Shown here: piece after piece, positions 61,227 through 64,000 of the stretch
Layout: each line of letters opens with the position of its first letter
Position numbering within the stretch: position 1 is the stretch's first letter
NCBI GenBank assembly: GCA_963774265.1
Contig: CAVZDU010000007.1
Span: 448,001-512,000, forward strand
Reading direction: 5' to 3'
Length of the DNA stretch: 64,000 nt
Source: an uncultured Chloroflexia bacterium
GTDB taxonomy: Bacteria > Chloroflexota > Anaerolineae > CG2-30-64-16
The notes under the pieces: model-generated
The model's input: the letters and a program-made list of their open reading frames with translations, nothing else
The model's database searches: none
Told to the model about the DNA's origin: nothing
Translations under genes and position numbers: made by a program

Positions 61227-62616
61227 CTACTGACCGCCCGGCACCAGTGCGAAGTTGACGACGCCAACCTGATTCGACGGCGGGTAAGGTATGACGCTGG
61301 CGCTGACCGGCAAGACGACATAGAAGTAGCTCGTCCCGGCCGTGCCGAGCGCGTCCGTATCAGGGTAACTCCCTTGGCTACCGGAATCCGGTGGCAAGGC
61401 CTCCCCGCGCTTCTCTGATCCCTCGTCACCGGGCGTGAAGTAGGGATCGCTGCTGCGCCAGACCTCGTAACGCGTCACGTCACTGCCCAGGTGTGTCCAC
61501 GTGAGAAGGGCGATACTGCCGACTCGGCTCACAGCCAGGTCGGACACCGCAGGGGGGACGCTTGCGTCAACCTGACCATCCGTGATCGTGAGGATTGGCA
61601 GCAGACTTGCGAAGGTAGTGGCGGCAGCCATCGCCGAGAAGTCTAGATTGAGCGGACTGGTTCCGGCTGCCTTCACGTCAAACGTGATGGTGAGTACGTT
61701 CAGGCTGCCCGTGGCGCCGCCTGCATTTGCTCCATTAAAGACGATGTGCCCGTCTGCTACATTACTGGTGTTGACGTTACCGGTGAAACCGACCCCGATC
61801 CCTGTGTTGCTGCTGTAGCTCAACACCGCAGGGTTCCAATCCAGGGTCCCGGTGAAACCCCCCAGTTTGTTATCGGGCGAATTGACGCCGGAAACATCGA
61901 TGTTGATGGTTACCTCAATCTGCTGCCCAATGATCGGGGACGCATTGGACGGCGTTGCCGACGACGTCGCGGTGCCGGTTGCTGCGGGGACCAGAGATGG
62001 TCCAGTCACGGCATCGACACCACTGCCATTACCTGGGAGAGGCAACGCCTCAGCGCGCCCCATCGCAGAGTGGGGCGCGTAGATCTCGGATGAGGTCACC
62101 GGTCCGTCGGGTGAGCCTCCTCCAGGGGCCAGAACTCTCCCGTCCAGCAGCGATATGCCCAGGGTTGATCTGGGAGTGAGCATCGGAGTGTCAGAGGTCC
62201 ATGTCCCTGACTGAGGGTCGTAGGTCTCCGCTGAGGACAGGTAGCCGCTGCTGTTGCTTCCCCAGCACTTGACCCCGCCCCCATCCGTCAACGCGCAGGT
62301 GTGGAAGCCTCCGGCCGCGATTTGGGTCGCTTGCACCAGCTCCGAAGCGCCTTCCGCGCTTGGCGCGCCGGCTTGCCGGGCGGAATCCCCAAGCGGCGGG
62401 GGACGGAGGCCTGCTAGGGCAGCAGATTCGTCGAACGTTCTCGATGGATATTACGGGGCCGGAGCGGAAGCTCTGAGTACTGGTATCCGACGCTACATCG
62501 CCGGGCATCACCGAAGCGGCGTCGGTGGACGGCGAAGGCGCGGCGAGCAGTGGCGTCAGGACGACGAACAATGCGGCTAGGGGAGCCAGCTGACGGGAGA
62601 GGGATCGCAAGAACAT
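61227..62616 (-). CDS. Secreted mosaic protein: RCC1 repeat, Kelch repeat, cohesin-like domain, Fn3-like C-terminal domain (frameshift near 62440)
   Basis: Signal peptide from 62616; IAAGGFHTCALT..GGVKCWGSN; AETYDP..GTW...LLDGRVL..GG; LDWNPAVLSY cohesin-like; LTW...YEVWRS.DPYF.P...YFYVV. Confidence 0.7.
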
Positions 62617-63270
62617 GGCGCACCTCCAAGAGCCCACGGCGTGAGGCGGCGCCTCACAGCAACGTGCCGCGGACAGACTGTGTCATCCCCCAACTCGGAT
62701 GACTTGGATCAAACAAGCACGACTGCAATCAAGGGTGATTGTACCGCAAGTTCAGTCAAGGCAGCAAGGTGACATCCACTTTGACGGACAGTCGGCTATC
62801 TAAATCACCACCCAGCCACGACTTCGCTAGGTGCCCAGATCAGCGGGCAGACCTTCTGGCACATCAACTTGTCGAGCAGAATTCTTGCCGCGAGCTATGG
62901 ACAAGAAGCGAGCAAGTCGAAAGTGAACCTGGGGAGGTGGGAGAATGTTTTGGGCTGCCCGCCGCAGCGAATACATTGGCCTGCACGGTGTCGGGGAGCT
63001 TGCCAGCCAGGGAGTATCTGAGAAGTCCTTTGCTCTTCCTTCGGCGCAAGTGTTACCCTGCGCACCGAGGTTATGCCAGAATAACAGGCCCGGCCATCTG
63101 AAATGTCAACGTACAAAATCCGAGGACAAGTGTTGCTGTCTGAGTCCGTGCTTTGCATCACCCCCATGGCCTACTCGTGAGTCGTGGCGTGAAACAACCC
63201 CTGTGGCGACAGTGGTACAACGGCCAAAGAGGTAACCGCGCCTTCCACCATTTCGCCTTGTCGACCAGTT

Positions 63271-63407
63271 GGCCAGGTTGAAGGCCAGGTGAACCGGCTT
63301 AAGTTGATCAAGCGTCAGATGTACGGTCGAGCCAACTTTGATCTGCTGCGCCACCGGGTGCTAGACCCTGGGTAGCACTCGCACTTCACGAAAAGTGCGG
63401 GAGAGCC
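63271..63407 (+). mobile_element. ISL3 family remnant (transposase C-terminus plus right end)
   Basis: GQVEGQVNRLKLIKRQMYGRANFDLLRHRVL stop at 63375, then a terminus ending AGAGCC (GGCTCT-type ISL3 end). Confidence 0.85.
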
Positions 63408-63572
63408 CATTTTAGCTGGCCTAACGCGGTGGCTTGCGGTTTCAGTTATTCGCGGCGTATAATTTCCGCACATCTGCACCGGTGCGCGTGGTGCTGCGTC
63501 GTGCTTATCTATGACGTTCCTCAGTTCCTGAGGCTTGCCCCCAGGAGAGCCACCCTCGATCCGGAGAATACG

Positions 63573-64000
63573 ATGGCAAAACGACTTGCGGTACTCGACA
63601 AGGAACGCTGCGTGGGCTGCCAGTCCTGCATGTTCGCCTGCGCCCGCCGGCTCGGGGTCGGCGGCCTGGCCGGGTCCAGCATCTGGGTGCGCTCGGCAGG
63701 CGGTGTTCGCAAGGGCTTCGTGGTGATCGTCTGCCGCGCCTGTCCCGACCCGCCCTGTGCCCGCGTCTGCCCCACGGATGCGCTGCCCGCTGCGGCCGGG
63801 CGGCGGCGTGCGCTTGAAGCCCGAGCTGTGCATCGGCTGCCACAACTGCGTCGAGGCCTGCCCCTTCGGCGCCGTCCTGTGGGATGCACGAGCAGAACAA
63901 GCCCGCAGATCTGCGTCTACTGCGGCTACTGCGTCCCGTACTGCCCTTACGATGTGCTGGCCATGGAGGAGATGCCTGCGGACAGGACCGCGGAATGGGT
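63573..64000 (+). CDS. 4Fe-4S dicluster electron-transfer protein (frameshifts near 63785 and 63890; runs off the window)
   Basis: CVGCQSCMFAC, CRACPDPPCARVCP, CIGCHNCVEACP, CVYCGYCVPYCP across frames. Confidence 0.88.
   Translation, partial: MAKRLAVLDKERCVGCQSCMFACARRLGVGGLAGSSIWVRSAGGVRKGFVVIVCRACPDPPCARVCPTDALPAAAGRRRALEARAVHRLPQLRRGLPLRRRPVGCTSRTSPQICVYCGYCVPYCPYDVLAMEEMPADRTAEW

Noticed and set aside
62640-63270. Group II intron, riboswitch or gene in the lower-GC stretch before the ISL3 end
   Set aside because: No domain V hairpin, recognisable aptamer or ORF with motifs; probably decayed sequence.
63410-63572. Moco/tungsten riboswitch upstream of the Fe-S gene
   Set aside because: Small hairpins are present but I could not match the consensus; an Rfam scan would settle it.
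1-64000. Frameshifts as programmed recoding or genome-wide pseudogenisation
   Set aside because: They are single-base indels in unrelated, otherwise intact genes, often in G/C runs, with no shared slippery motif; long-read error is the simpler explanation.

Overview
GC-rich bacterial chromosomal segment. Gene content, protein families and repeat types point to Chloroflexota (Anaerolineae/Caldilineae-like); this is inference. About 18 single-base frameshifts split unrelated genes, most likely long-read consensus errors, so I re-joined split genes by reading across frames. Contents in order: a lipoprotein alpha-2-macroglobulin with an intact CSEQ thioester motif; a Wzc tyrosine kinase + nucleotidyltransferase + S24/S26 peptidase + HprK-like kinase cassette; a TipA-like MerR regulator with a textbook 19-bp promoter; a dense two-component block; an ABC-2 exporter; DUF883, GH13 and ECF sigma genes; threonine dehydrogenase, tryptophanase and LarA; a BaeSR-like stress cluster; a radical SAM + nitroreductase pair; TreS; a sugar-catabolic locus with tandem PflD-like and YbiW-like glycyl radical enzymes, one activase, a ROK kinase, a lactonase and two SorC regulators; an EAD1-domain membrane protein; two mosaic secreted repeat proteins; and an ISL3 remnant. 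The strongest leads are (1) the PTS-free tandem PflD/YbiW locus, (2) two families of 11-bp-periodic intergenic direct repeats (CTTAAG and CTTCAC) that outline two candidate OmpR-family regulons, (3) the kinase/nucleotidyltransferase/peptidase cassette with no precursor or RRE, and (4) the EAD1-transmembrane receptor-like protein. I found no CRISPR array, tRNA or rRNA.
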